Positions 27,701 through 39,349 of a stretch of 64,000 bases of DNA are shown piece by piece. The notes under the pieces were generated by a model. That model was not told the origin of the DNA, searched no databases, and saw only the letters and a program-made list of their open reading frames with translations. This DNA comes from Macrostomum hystrix (Eukaryota > Animalia > Platyhelminthes), in contig CATNEN010000039.1 in NCBI GenBank assembly GCA_950097015.1, forward strand, positions 372,001 to 436,000, read 5' to 3'. Position numbers and translations under genes: made by a program. Numbering within the stretch: position 1 is the stretch's first letter; each line of letters opens with the position of its first letter.

Positions 27701-30700
27701 AGCACTGATCTAGTTGCCTGTTTGATTACAAATTTGAAACATTAAATGTGCAATTTTTACCCTAAAGGCACTGGTAAGACATCAACAGGCATCATGCTGA
27801 CCTACTGGTACGTGTTCGTCAACCGGTGCATCGATGGCACCTGGAACGAGGCGGATGACTACTATGACGTGACGGATGACGACCGGGATGTCGAGGAGGA
27901 TGATGAGGATTCTGCGGATGCCCACGTGCGAATTAAGTACGCCGAGATGGGCATAGTGCAGCCTGCTGACAGCGCAGCGCTTGCGGGCCCAGCAAAGTTG
28001 AAGCGGCCCGTCAAGGTCAAGGTGGCAGCTAAAGGTCGTGACAAGGACAAAAAGTTGCAAACGCGTCGCCAGGTGCTATACTGCGGACCGTCAAACGCAT
28101 CGGTGGATGTAGTGGCGCTGTACCTGCAGAACAGGCTCCGTCTGAAGTGCCCACGCATCGTCCGCGTGGCCAGTGAGCAGATCGAGCAGCGCTGCTACCC
28201 GATTCCCGGTGAAGACTCCAAATCCAAAGTGAATGCCGAAACGTCGATTTCCACCGAGCTGCAGGCGGTCACACTGCACGAGATCGTGCGCACCGGCAAT
28301 GGCCGTCGAGCCCGCCTTCTGAAATCATTCGATGCCATCTTTCGCCAATTCCTACAGCAGAGATTCAAAACTGCAGACACATTCCGTCGAATTCTTGTTC
28401 AGGTAGGTGCATCTCACACAAGTTGCCCTAGTCTTAGCCTCTCCCTGTTTTTAGCCTCCCTTCGTGTCCCCTTGTGTGGCTGACTATGTGCCGACTACTG
28501 TATGTGTTGGCTGCTGATGTTTATATATTAATATATTATCTATAAATGCCAGCTAAACAGCAGCACAGTGGGATAAGTTCGCTGAAGCCCAATGCATCCC
28601 CTTCCTCAGATGCTGCCTTCTCTTGAACACCTGGACAAGTACCTCAGGGACCACCTGATTGAGTATGCACTACTGACTGATCCGACTCGCAACGAGCCAC
28701 TGCAGCCTTGGGACATGGACCTATCCGCCATCACCCAGCTCTATCGCTCAGCGCTCTCTGATGCCAAGACCTTCGCCCTACAGCGTTACGAGGTGGTTTT
28801 GTGCACCACCAGTGTCAGCTCCTCCGGCCTGCTGCAGAAAGCCTGCAAGTTCAGCCAGATCATCATAGACGAAGCCGGTATGTGCACCCAGCCTGAGACG
28901 CTGGTGCCGGTGGTGGGCTACTTGAAGGCCGCCACTGCCGGCGGTGGGGTGGACGACTGTGGCTCAGAGATGCCGGCCCAGCTGGCCTCCCACTACGCTG
29001 AGCGGCTGGTGCTGATCGGTGACCACAAGCAGCTGTGCCCTATCATTCAGAACAAGACTGCTTCGCTGCTGGGCCTGCGGAAGTCCTTCCTGGAGTACCA
29101 GTCTGAGAGCATGGTCATGCTGCGCTTCCAGTATCGCATGGTAGGCCAGCTCGCACTTTATCTCTCTGGGTTTGGTTTCTCTTTAAAATTGATCCCTGTT
29201 GTTGCAGCTCAGTGTGCTTTTTTTGCCTATTTTTGCAACACCTGCTGTCTCTAGCTAGCAGATTTCCCATAAAGCATTCAGATGTATTAACCGCACCCGA
29301 CTCCGCAGCATCCCAGTCTGGCCGACTTCCCCGCTGAGTACTTCTACAATGTAAGCGGTGCCGACGGCTCGCCCGCTGAGCCTGGCCTGCAGACTCGGCA
29401 ATCTGCGTCCTGGACAGGGCTGCGCCCTTACGGCAACATCCGCCAGTGCGATCGCTACTGGAATGGCCTCAATTTGCACCTGGTGGCTGAGAACAGCGCC
29501 TACGAGAGAATCCTCGCCACTAACGCTAATGTGCTGCACGGCTGCTGGCCCGGAGTCCGTACTCGCCAGCGCTGCCAGGAGCAGGGATTCGTCTACTCTA
29601 CGATGCCCCAAGCTAAGCCGGGCGACCTGCACCCCATGGGCGAGGAGGAGCGAGTGGTCTTCCTGCACATCGTCGGCAAGGAGCGGCGTACCACCGTGGC
29701 CAGCGACGAAGGCCACGAGGACTCACGGTGCAACGAACGAGAGGCCGAGACTGTGGTGGGTCTGGGAGAGGGACTGCTGACGGTGCCTGAGGCAGGGCTG
29801 CTAATGTTGTCTGGGAGAGGGACTGCTGACGGTGCCTGAGGCAGGGCTGCTAATGTTGTCTGGGAGAGGGACTGCTGACGGTGCTTGAGGCAGGGCTGCT
29901 AATGTTGTCTAGGAGAGGGACTGCTGACGGTGCCTGAGGCAGGGCTGCTAATGTTGTCTAGGAAAGGGACTGCTGACGGTGCTTGAGATAGGGCTACGAC
30001 TGCGAGCTAGGGATCCGAATGTTGAGCTGGCTGCTAAAGTCGTAAAATTTTGGTTAAAACAGTTTTTCTGCCTCGCTTGCCTGGCATGAGGCAGTAAAAG
30101 CTTGAAGATCCTCCCTCATGCCATCCCAGACTGTCACTGCGCGGGCTCTGGCTCTTTTCGAATTTTTAGACTGCCCCTATCTCTGCCCGCCTTCCTCGCT
30201 CTGTTAGTCTGGTGCACTGTGGGCCGGCTGCAACAAGCCCTTATCGTACATTCAAAGCTGCCTGTACGTTACAGTGGCTGTGGACGGAATGCTGTCGTCG
30301 AGAATGCCTTCTATTTTTATCACTGATTCGTTTTGCGATGTGCTCTACTCCGCTATTTCTTGGAAATATGAAAAAATATCACAGAGTAGTCTGCTCCTAG
30401 ACAATGCACTTCTGTCTGACTAACTGTGACGTCGGTGCTTTAATACCCACTTCATTTTGCCAAGCTCTGAAAACTGCTGTCACAAGTTGATAGTTAGACA
30501 ATAGACAGTAACATTTTCACTGCACTACTTTAAGTCAGTCGAAATGCACGCCAGGAATGCTCAAACTATGAGTACTCTAGAAAAGTTGTTTTGAAGTTAA
30601 AATATCTCCTCGCCATCTCCTCTCCTCGCCTCGCCTTCAAAACTGAAACTTGGTTTGACGAGAATACGCGCCTGCTTATCAGCTCCATGCTTGCATTGCT

Positions 30701-32978
30701 AGACTTTCTGGGGTATGAGTAAGGGCCCGGCTGCATGTACTCACGAGCATTGCTCATCCTACAAGGACTCGTCATCACCGCCTTCCAGGTGCGCGTCTAC
30801 AAGAGCATCGTGGGGCGCCTGCACTCGCGCCGCTTCACCGAAGGTTCCATCGGTGTGCTTTCCCAGTACCGCTATCAGGTCAGCGTCATCAAGCAGATGC
30901 TGCAGCAGGAGGGCTTTGACAGCCCCAATGTACATACTGTCATTGCCAGCCAAGGTTAGTGCGGCTAAGGTTTCAGAAATAATCATTTGAGCAGTTTTTA
31001 CTGAGCAAACTAAATTATCCATTATTAAAGTCTAGTTACCAATTAGAATCCAAGCCTGAGTACCAACTCCATTAACCATGTTAGCAAATCTGCCAATAGG
31101 ATATGTGCAGACTCAATGTCACTGCTCTGATTCATCCAGGTAGCGAGTTCGACTACGTAATCCTCTCCCTGGTGCGCTCACTACCAGACTTTGAGATACC
31201 GAAATGCCCACTACCCGGCTGGGAAAACAAGTACCTGGGCTTCATCACTGATGAGAACCAGATCAACGTGGCGCTAACCAGGGCCCGGCGCGGCCTCATC
31301 ATCATTGGTGAGGCGCGGGCTTCTTTAACAATTAATTAGGGCCGAGGGAGCGGAGCGAGAGCCAGAAGAAGGGAGCGAGTGCCAGATGAAGGAAGCGAGT
31401 GCCAGATGGAGGAAGCGAGTGTCAGATGGAGGAAGCGAGTGTCAGATGAAGGAAGCGAGTGCCAGATGGAGGAAGCGAGTGTCAGATGAAGGAAGCGAGT
31501 GCCAGATGGAGGAAGCGAGTGTCAGATGAAGGAAGCGAGTGCCATATGGAGGGGCAAATGCCAGAAGGAGCGAGCGAGTGCCAGGAGGAATTGAGTGCAA
31601 GGAGGTTTCCAGATGGAGGGTCAAATGCTAAAAGAAGGGAGCGAGTGCCAGTTGGAGAGTTCTAGATTGAGGAGCAAATGCTAGAAGGAGGGAGCGAGTG
31701 CCAGTTGGAGGATTCCAGGTTGAGGGACAAATGCTAGGAGGGAGCGAGTGCCAGTTGGAGGGTTCCAGATTCAGGGGCAAATACTAGAAGGAGGGAGCGA
31801 GTGCCAGTTGGAGAGTTCTAGATTGAGGAGCAAATGCTAGAAGGAGGGAGCGAGTGCCAGTTGGAGAGTTCCAGATTGAGGAGCAAATGCTAGAAGGAGG
31901 GAGCGAGTGCCAGTTGGAGGATTCCAGGTTGAGGAGCAAATGCTAGAAGGAGGGAGCGAGTGCCAGTTGGAGAGTTCTAGATTGAGGAGCAAATGCTAGA
32001 AGGAGGGAGCGAGTGCCAGTTGGAGAGTTCCAGATTGAGGAGCAAATGCTAGAAGGAGGGAGCGAGTGCCAGTTGGAGAGTTCCAGATTGAGGAGCAAAT
32101 GCTAGAAGGAGGGAGCGAGTGCCAGTTGGAGGGTTCCAGGTTGAGGGACAAATGCTAGGAGGAGGGAGCGAGTGCCAGTTGGAGAGTTCTAGATTGAGGA
32201 GCAAATGCTAGAAGGAGGGAGCGAGTGCCAGTTGGAGGATTCCAGGTTGAGGGACAAATGCTAGGAGGAGGGAGCGAGTGCCAGTTGGAGGGTTCCAGGT
32301 TGAGGGACAAATGCTAGGAGGAGGGAGCGAGTGCCAGTTGGAGAGTTCTAGATTGAGGAGCAAATGCTAGAAGGAGGGAGCGAGTGCCAGTTGGAGGATT
32401 CCAGGTTGAGGGACAAATGCTAGGAGGGAGCGAGTGCCAGTTGGAGGGTTCCAGATTCAGGGGCAAATACTAGAAGGAGGGAGCGAGTGCCAGGAGGAGG
32501 GTTCCAGATTGAGGGGCAAATGCCAGGAGGGGCGAATGCCTGTGAAGCGACAGCCAGACGCGGACGAGCATGACCTCTCATCCATCTGATCTGGAAAGCA
32601 AAGCGACTCCCACTTGCAGGCAACCGCAACCTGCTGCGCACCAACCGCATGTGGTCCTGCCTGCTGGACCGCCTGGACCGTCGAGGCTGTATCCCCGCCC
32701 ACCCAGACGACTTCCCGGAGAGGACTGGCGACCGGCGGCGGCTCAGCCGTTCGGGCCGCGACGATGAAAACTACCAGTTCTACTGGCGCTGCGACAAGCA
32801 GTGCTTCTGGCCAAAGAAGCTGCCCGCCAGTGACCACTGGACCTGGGAACCCGGGCCGCCCTGCCCCAGGCAGCAGCAGCAGGGGCAGCCACATTTTGCT
32901 GGAGGTGGAGCTGTTGCGGCCTCCGGGCGGCACAGGCCGTTCAGTGTACGGACTGAAGAATTCCCGGAGCTGCGCTGA
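18792..32978 (+). CDS. HELZ2: HELZ2-like RNB (RNase II) exoribonuclease fused to a UPF1-like SF1 helicase, ~2111 aa
   Basis: Exons: 18792-18821 (tentative, MSDTQQIEQY|gtaagt), 23525-27344, 27487-27666, 27768-28402, 28610-29140, 29309-29755, 30789-30954, 31140-31307, 32620-32978. They sum to 6336 nt, in frame. RNB motifs: TIDNPDTKDMDDAIS, LVEEFMVLAN, HFTSPLRRYPDILVHR. Helicase motifs: GPPG|TGKT, GPSNASVD, IIDEAG, LIGDHKQL, QYRM|HP, SQGSEFD, NVALTRARRGLIIIG|N. Confidence 0.9.
19397..19667. mobile_element. Non-autonomous hAT element (271 bp)
   Basis: TIRs CAGTGGCAGATCCAG / CTAAATCTGCCTCTG, flanked by a perfect 8-bp TSD TATACAGT (19389-19396, 19668-19675). Internal 21-bp GCCAGCGGCTGAAAA repeats. 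Confidence 0.88.
19810..21083 (-). mobile_element. 5' part of a Helitron (TC terminus, RepHel N-terminus with STPR repeats), truncated
   Basis: The minus strand starts A|TCTATATATATAAAAG..TGTCTGTGTGTG. A donor near 20538 and acceptor ctttcag lead to ATG 20351 (MPPKKSFLSRLTKAARR). The 69-bp tandem repeats at 19820-20035 encode the 23-aa unit ETAVQTQQRQEQNRERTAEARRN (STPR-type). An in-frame stop is present; no Rep or helicase remains. Confidence 0.7.
21087..21534. mobile_element. PIF/Harbinger (Tourist-like) MITE
   Basis: ~50-bp imperfect TIRs (GGCAGTTGTTATTTG..GTTAACCGGACAAATAGCCATTTGAT and its reverse complement) with TTA on both flanks. Confidence 0.75.
21705..22991 (-). mobile_element. Degenerate mariner (DD34D) transposon
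   Basis: TIRs CAAGGGTTGTTTCAAAAGTTTGTGGACAAA / TTTGTCCACAAACTTTCGGAACAACCCTC. Fragmented transposase ORFs contain WVPKLLT, ILTGEKLW, LQQDNARPH and PYLLDLAPSNY. Confidence 0.92.
29760..29990. repeat. 49-bp minisatellite starting at a HELZ2 splice donor, ~4.7 copies
   Basis: Unit TCTGGGAGAGGGACTGCTGACGGTGCCTGAGGCAGGGCTGCTAATGTTG begins 5 nt after the exon end at 29755. Confidence 0.95.
31365..32535. repeat. Compound purine-rich minisatellite (20-bp unit grading into a 53-bp unit) filling the last HELZ2 intron
   Basis: GGAAGCGAGTGCCAGATGGA repeats to ~31550, then GAGGGAGCGAGTGCCAGTTGGAGAGTTCTAGATTGAGGAGCAAATGCTAGAAG repeats. Confidence 0.95.
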
Positions 32979-33883
32979 GATCCGGCACTGGACCATTTCC
33001 CCTAACTTAATTGTCTAAAATCCCTGCGCTTGTATCCAAGGCTCCTCTGTCTGACCTACGGAACACGATAGCAGACCAACAAGAAGAATTGGGCTCAGTT
33101 TTGACTAAACCCCGGGCTTAGGGCTACTGGGTTTAGTGAGACAGGCGGAGATCATTCCTTTTTTGCCTTTTAATAACTTTTTGATTGTTCAATTTCGTGA
33201 TGTGATCCCAGCCGATCAATAATAATCTTGAATCAATGAATCACTATGCGCCTCTCTTTAATCTCGCACTCAGCGCCTGTTAATCAAAACACGACCTGCC
33301 TGTTTCCGATTCGATATTTTTTACCTCTTCAGCCCGCTCTTAACTCTGCTACTATCAAGTTTTTTTTTAATCAAAAGTGCGCTGATTTAAACTGCTGTTG
33401 CCGCGTTAAACTTATCCTTTTGTAAAGACAGATTTTCGGCTGTCTGTTCTGCTTTTTTCTGCAAATTCCTTTCGATGAATTGTATGTAGTCGAGTTTGAG
33501 CAGATGTGTTCACAAACAAATATAAGTTCTCCGCCACATTTGGCCGTTCGATGGCTTCAGTTTCTTGCATGCTTTGATCTCTCAAAGCGCCTCTGATCCT
33601 CCCAATGCCAGTGAAGCCTCTCACAGCCTCTTCCTGTGCGGCACAGCGTTTGAAGATACAATTTTATAGTAAATAAAAGCCTTTATGACGCAGTGAACGG
33701 TGGGCAATAAGGCAGTGCACTGCAGTGCAGTGCTATTTCAAGCGCTCACTGACCATTCACGTGAGGTTCATTCGGGCGATTGGACGACAGCCAATGTTAA
33801 TTACAGGTGCAGTTCTCTTGCGTCTTTAACAGATAGGAGTCGCATCTAACACGGCCTGCTTTGAGCTCGTTGAGTTTTCCCAA

Positions 33884-34861
33884 ATGCTAAAGCTGCAGTT
33901 TTCCGTGCCTGCGGTCTCCAACCTGCTGCTGGCAGCCCTGCTCATAGCGGCTGCCGTTCGCGGCCAGCCGCAGACATCGAACAACGACCTGGCGGAGCTC
34001 TGCGACTATGCTAACGACTTAGGCAAGATACAGATGGGCTCAGCGGCGAAGGTGGTTAATTTCACGGACAGCCTGCTCACGTACAGCTATTGCTGCGCAC
34101 CCGGCCTTCAGCAGCCCGTGCGCTGCGAGATCCGATACCGACTGCCGTTCTTCCTGTTGTGTGCCGCCTGCGGCTTAGCCCTGATGGTTGCCGCCTGTGC
34201 CGCTACTGGGGCCTGCCTACAGCGCTGCCGGCGCCATTGGGAAGCGTTGGACGAGTTTGTGAGTGCAGAGCAATTCAGAGCGACATTTGTCCGACTGCAG
34301 CAATCATGCTCCCACACCAAGTCCTGTGTAAAATACCGAAATTGTGCAAGTAAATGTTACATTACTTGCACAATTGTTCGATGCCTGCCTTTTGGATGGG
34401 GACATAGCTGTAGTTGTTGGAGCAGCTGCTCATTCTCAAATTCATCACCATCCTGCAGCTCGCTCGGCCGCTGATGCCCCGTAAGTCGACCTTGTCGATA
34501 AGATCGGACTCCGTGTTGCTGATGCCCGAGTTGATGACTGGCAGGGCATCCACCTGTACTCGCCACGAACAGAATCCTCACTGACAGACCACTGATCTGC
34601 GGAAGCGAACCTGATCTATTCAATGTTCTAGCCAATGGGCATCCGCCAAAATAAAAACTACTTGAATCACTTGACTAATTGTCTCTTATCAGTAAATAGG
34701 GGATAATTGAATAAATTTAGCATTTTGCACTTGGCATAATCCGCAGTGGCAGGGAGCCACACTCAAGGGCCGCGCTAGTATATGGCTCAAACGGGTGACT
34801 GGCTTCGTTCCTTGCTCTCTCGTAGACAGCAGACGAGCGCAGACTTCGTGCACTAGCCTAA
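33884..34861 (+). CDS. Small secreted/single-pass Cys-rich membrane protein, family unknown
   Basis: Signal-peptide-like LLLAALLIAAAVRG, a Cys-containing ectodomain (C..CC..C), hydrophobic FFLLCAACGLALMVAACAATGAC, then RCRR. Donor TTT|GTGAGT near 34258; likely last exon 34826-34861 (TADERRLRALA*). Confidence 0.6.
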
Positions 34862-35160
34862 AGAGCAACGGAAACAGATGAGCTCAGACGAAAGCAACAA
34901 TATTCCAATATTGATAGGCTGCAGACGGCGACGAGGTAAAACATCGAGGCGCGTAGCAACTTTGCCGTAGCAACAAGTGGGGATCGAATAACATTTACGG
35001 ACCGCAAAATTCTTCATATTCGACGAGTTCAGGTTTTACCTTTATTACGTCTTTGTTTGCGTACTGGTTAGTGTACATGATAACTCGATATGCAATGCTA
35101 CGCAAAGTTACAACAAACTAATCTAAACGCTTTTTAGATTAGGATGTGATTAACTATATA

Positions 35161-36470
35161 CGAGGGCTATCCCAAAAGTAAGTTTCGGTCAACAATAAAA
35201 AGCGAACAGTTTGAAGGAAACTCAAAACAGGTCATAGTTACTCCACAAATTTGCCGCCAAGTTCCACGCACTTTTGCCAGCGCCGTACCCACGCTTGAAA
35301 GGCAGCATCGCAGCCGCCGGTGGCCAGATGCCGCAAAGCTGATGAAGCATTGTTGTTTATCTGCTCCACAGAGGCAAAACGTTGTCCACGAAGGCTCTCC
35401 TTCATTCTGGGAAATATATAGAAGTCCGCTGGAGCCGAATCAGGTGAATAGCGTGGCTGTGCCAGGACCTCCCAGTTCCAGGACTCCAGGAGCTCCTCCA
35501 CTCTTCTGGCGCGGTGCACAGGTGCGTTGTCGTGGTGAAAAATCACGTCTCTCTCCAGCAAACCAGGCCGCTCTTTCCTGATGGCTGGCCTCAATTTTTC
35601 TTGCAGTACCCATCGGTAATATTCTGCATTCACCTTGGTGCCGATTGGCACTGGTCAGTCCACCAGGACCCATGGATGTCAAAGAAGACTATGTGCATCA
35701 CCTTCAAGGAGCTCTGCTTCCGTTGAACCTTCTCAGGACTCTCTGATCCCCTTGGAAGCCACTGTGCTGACTGGCGCTTGAGCTCAGGATCCCACTCGTA
35801 GACCCATGTCTCGTCTCCTGTCACAATTCTGCTGATAAAGTTGCTTCCCTCTCGATTAAACCGTCGAAGGTGCTCTTGCGCCAGGGTCACCCTCTCCTTT
35901 ATTTGGTCCTCAGTCAGGAGATGAGGCACCCACTGTGCGAAGATCTTCTGCATGTTCAGCTGCTCAGTAAGAATGCGATGCATTGTGCTGTGAGGAATGT
36001 CCAGGAGGTCCTCGATCTCATTGCAAGTCAATCTGCTGTTAACAGTGACTGCAGCTTTGACACGCTCTGCATTTGCATCAGTGGTGGCTGTTCTTGGCCT
36101 TCCAGACCGCTCTTTGTCTTCCATCGACAGCCTGTCTCCTTGAACTTCACGGACCCATTTCCGAACCGTTTGAATTGATGGAGCATCTTCTTTCAGAACT
36201 TGTCCAAGCTCTTCATGAATCTCTGATGTTGATTTGCCAGCCAAAACTGAAAACTTGATGATGTTTCTCACGTCGTATCGAAGTGGCCATCTTTGCAAAC
36301 GAAGCTGTGTTTAACTTGATGCCCTGCAGCTTGTGAGACTGCATTTGCTTTAAAACTTTTGGTGCCTTTTGCCATAGACATATAGATTCAGGAATGACTA
36401 ACCGCGTTTGCCAAAAATGTACTTAAGAAAATTTATAATGCAGCGAAACTTATTTTTGGGATAGCCCTCG
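35161..36470 (-). mobile_element. Near-intact mariner (DD34D) transposon, 1310 bp
   Basis: TA|CGAGGGCTATCCCAAAAGTAAGTTTCG ... CGAAACTTATTTTTGGGATAGCCCTCG|TA. Transposase 36298-35238 has WVPHLLT, IVTGDETW, HHDNAPVH and YSPDSAPADF. One frameshift plus a TGA lie near 35655-35670. Confidence 0.97.
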
Positions 36471-36779
36471 TACCAGCCTTTTTCACTGCGTGATTTGTAC
36501 ACAGGACTGCAGTCAGTCTCAGCTTATCATGCTGGCAGCAGCATGCAAACCTGCAAGGCTTGGATAAACCAGCTCCAATTTATACGTATATTTAGAGACA
36601 AACAGCAATTAAGCCATGGGGTTTATTGCTTGATAAGAAAGCTGAATAAACATTTTAGAGCGACAAAAAACAAAACATAAAATTATATACTCAGAGACTC
36701 GGTAACCAATATCTAAAGAATATAAAATGACTGCTGTGCCACAGGGCAAAGTCTAAAAAATAAGCACTGCAGTCAAGAC

Positions 36780-37450
36780 TCAGCGCAGAACGAGCAGCTC
36801 AAAGTCGCAGCTGCGGTGCTCCTTACCGCCCCAAGGGAAGGAGGCGGCCTTCAGCGACTCAGCAAAGTAGCCATAAACGCGGCTGCCGCACACAGAGCCC
36901 CTGGCGATAAAGAGCGGCTCGCCGACATCGCTGCAGCCGCCGGCGATGGCAGAAGACGGCAGAACTGCGGTGCCGTTGAAGGGAATCCAGTCGAAGGCCA
37001 CGTGGCCGAAAGCGTCGATCGATGAGTCGCAGAGCACCTCGTACTCGGGGAAGGAGTGCTCCGCGCCAGCCTGGGAGACGTGGCAGCAGCCGTGACCGCG
37101 CGTGGCCTTAAAGGCAGGGTGAAATCGAATTTTTGGGAGATTTTAGACATTTCCTTGGTGATTTGTTTAGGGGTTTTAGAGTGAGAAGAGGAACAGGCGC
37201 TCACCTTGCCGGGCAGCAGGTGGTAGCTGTGCCGCGCCCTGGCAACAAATGTGCCGTTGCTGTCGCGGCCCTCGATTGCCCGTTCAGGAATGCGACCGCC
37301 CCTGGGCACGGGCACCCAGCTCAGGTACAATTGTTGGCGCCGGCCCACGGCAAAACTCAACTGCTTTGGCTGCGGCGAGTCTGGAGGGGGCGCCTTCTTG
37401 CAGTCACCGCTGCCATCTTGGCTGCGCTGTGTCGGGATGGCTGTGGACAT
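36780..37450 (-). CDS. DM9-repeat (DUF3421, natterin-N-terminal-like) protein
   Basis: Exons 37205-37450 and 36780-37106 splice to LSWVPVPRGGRIPERAIEG..FVARARHSYHLLPGK|..EYEVLC..FDWIP...PSSAIAGG..GEPLFIARG..FPWGGKEH..FELLV*, i.e. two DM9 repeats. Confidence 0.88.
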
Positions 37451-37560
37451 AGCAACGGCTGAAGAGGAAGGGTGGGCGGCTTGCTGAACTTTGACAGCCT
37501 GGCAATATGTAAAACTCACTGCCTAAACACTTGGCCAAACTATTGGACAGCAGGGCAAGG

Positions 37561-38505
37561 TGGCAGGCACTAAGGTAGCACGGATGTCATGGCAGGCACT
37601 AAGGTAGCACGGATGTCATGGCAGGCACTAAGGTAGCACGGATGTCATGGCAGGCACTAAGGTAGCACGGATGTCATGGCGGGCACTAAGGTAGCACGGA
37701 TGTCATGGCAGGATTGGCAGGCACTAAGGTAGCACGGATGTCATGGCAGGCACTAAGGTAGCACGGATGTCATGGCAGGCACTAAGGTAGCACGGATGTC
37801 ATGGCGGGCACTAAGGTAGCACGGATGTCATGGCAGGATTGGCAGGCACTAAGGTAGCACGGATGTCATGGCAGGCACTAAGGTAGCACGGATGTCATGG
37901 CAGGATTGGCAGCCGCTAAGGTAGCATGGATGTCATGGCAGGCACTAAGGTAGCACGGATGTCATGGCGGGCACTAAGGTAGCACGGATGTCATGGCAGG
38001 CACTAAGGTAGCACGGATGTCATGGCAGGCACTAAGGTAGCACGGATGTAATGGCAGGCACTAAGGTAGCACGGATGTCATGGCAGGCACTAAGGTAGCA
38101 CGGATGACATGGCAGGCACTAAGGTAGCACGGATGACATGGCGGGTACTAAGGTAGCACGGATGTCATGGCAGGCGCTAAGGTAGCACGGATGTCATGGC
38201 AGGCGCTAAGGTAGTACGGATGTCATGGCAGGATTGGCAGGCGCTAAGGTAGCACGGATGTCATGGCAGGCACTAAGGTAGCACGGATGTCATGGCAGGC
38301 ACTAAGGTAGCACGGATGTCATGGCAGGCACTAAGGTAGCACGGATGTCATGGCAGGCACTAAGGTAGCACGGATGTCATGGCAGGCACTAAGGTAGCAC
38401 GGATGACATGGCGGGCACTAAGGTAGCACGGATGTCATGGCAGGCACTAAGGTAGCACGGATGTCATGGCAGGCACTGAGGTAGCACGGATGACATGGCA
38501 GGCAC
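37561..38505. repeat. 29-bp minisatellite (GGCAGGCACTAAGGTAGCACGGATGTCAT), ~32 copies
   Basis: Tandem array between the IDH3A 3' end and the DM9 start; some units carry a GGCAGGATT insertion. Confidence 0.97.
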
Positions 38506-39349
38506 GGAGGGAGGCACAAACTAATGTCCAGAAGCAAAGAACGTGAAGATAAACAAGTAAACTAGTAAACAAGCAAATAACAGTTAGTAAACAATATCAG
38601 CTAGATTAGACGCATTTGTATTTAATTAGTTGATCCAAAAGTACAGCAACAGAGGGCAGAGGGCTAGGTGGTAAGCGCTAACAAAGCAAGAATACTACAG
38701 TGTCTCAGAGGCTCACAGGAAGCCTCAGCTTCAGAAGTGCCAGCTACATAAAAATTCCTACTAAAAAGCAAAGTAGAGCATGAGGTCGATGAGCAGCTGC
38801 TCGAAAATAAACACGCCAATACAGCAACAGGCAGAAGATGCCCAGCTGTGGAAGCTGTGTCAGCAGAGCTAGAATATCAGGAGGGCTTAGTGAACTGAAG
38901 GAGGTCTAGGGTGACAGGTCTAATCTATTGTGACAGGTCACGGACGAACGCATGCGAGGGAAAACCAGTTTTTGGTAGATGTTTTGCTCATTCAGAGATA
39001 AAAAGAAAATACTCTAAATGAAAAGCTGGAACTGTGAATACTAGGAACAGAGCCCTCTGTAGCCTAATGGGACTCAATGCTACTTGCGAAAATATGGACT
39101 CACCGCCATTGCCAGCATCGGACAAAATCAGCTGTCAGGTGGCAGTAATCAATGGCCAATAGAAACATAAGTGTATGCAGCCAATTGAAATGGCCACCTA
39201 CTCTCTAGGTCACCACAATGAATGGGAAGGGAGCTCTTTGACGGACAGAAGTCAGCCTGATATTGCCTAGAGATTAGGATGCCAGGTTTAGTCCCGCTTC
39301 CAGCTCACAGTTCCAGACAAAAGTAAAAGATTTCTAGCACCAGAGCAGT

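Noticed and set aside
37561-38505. 29-bp repeats resembling a CRISPR array (also the 31-, 38- and 47-bp arrays)
   Set aside because: Head-to-tail units with no unique spacers, no cas genes, and a eukaryotic context.
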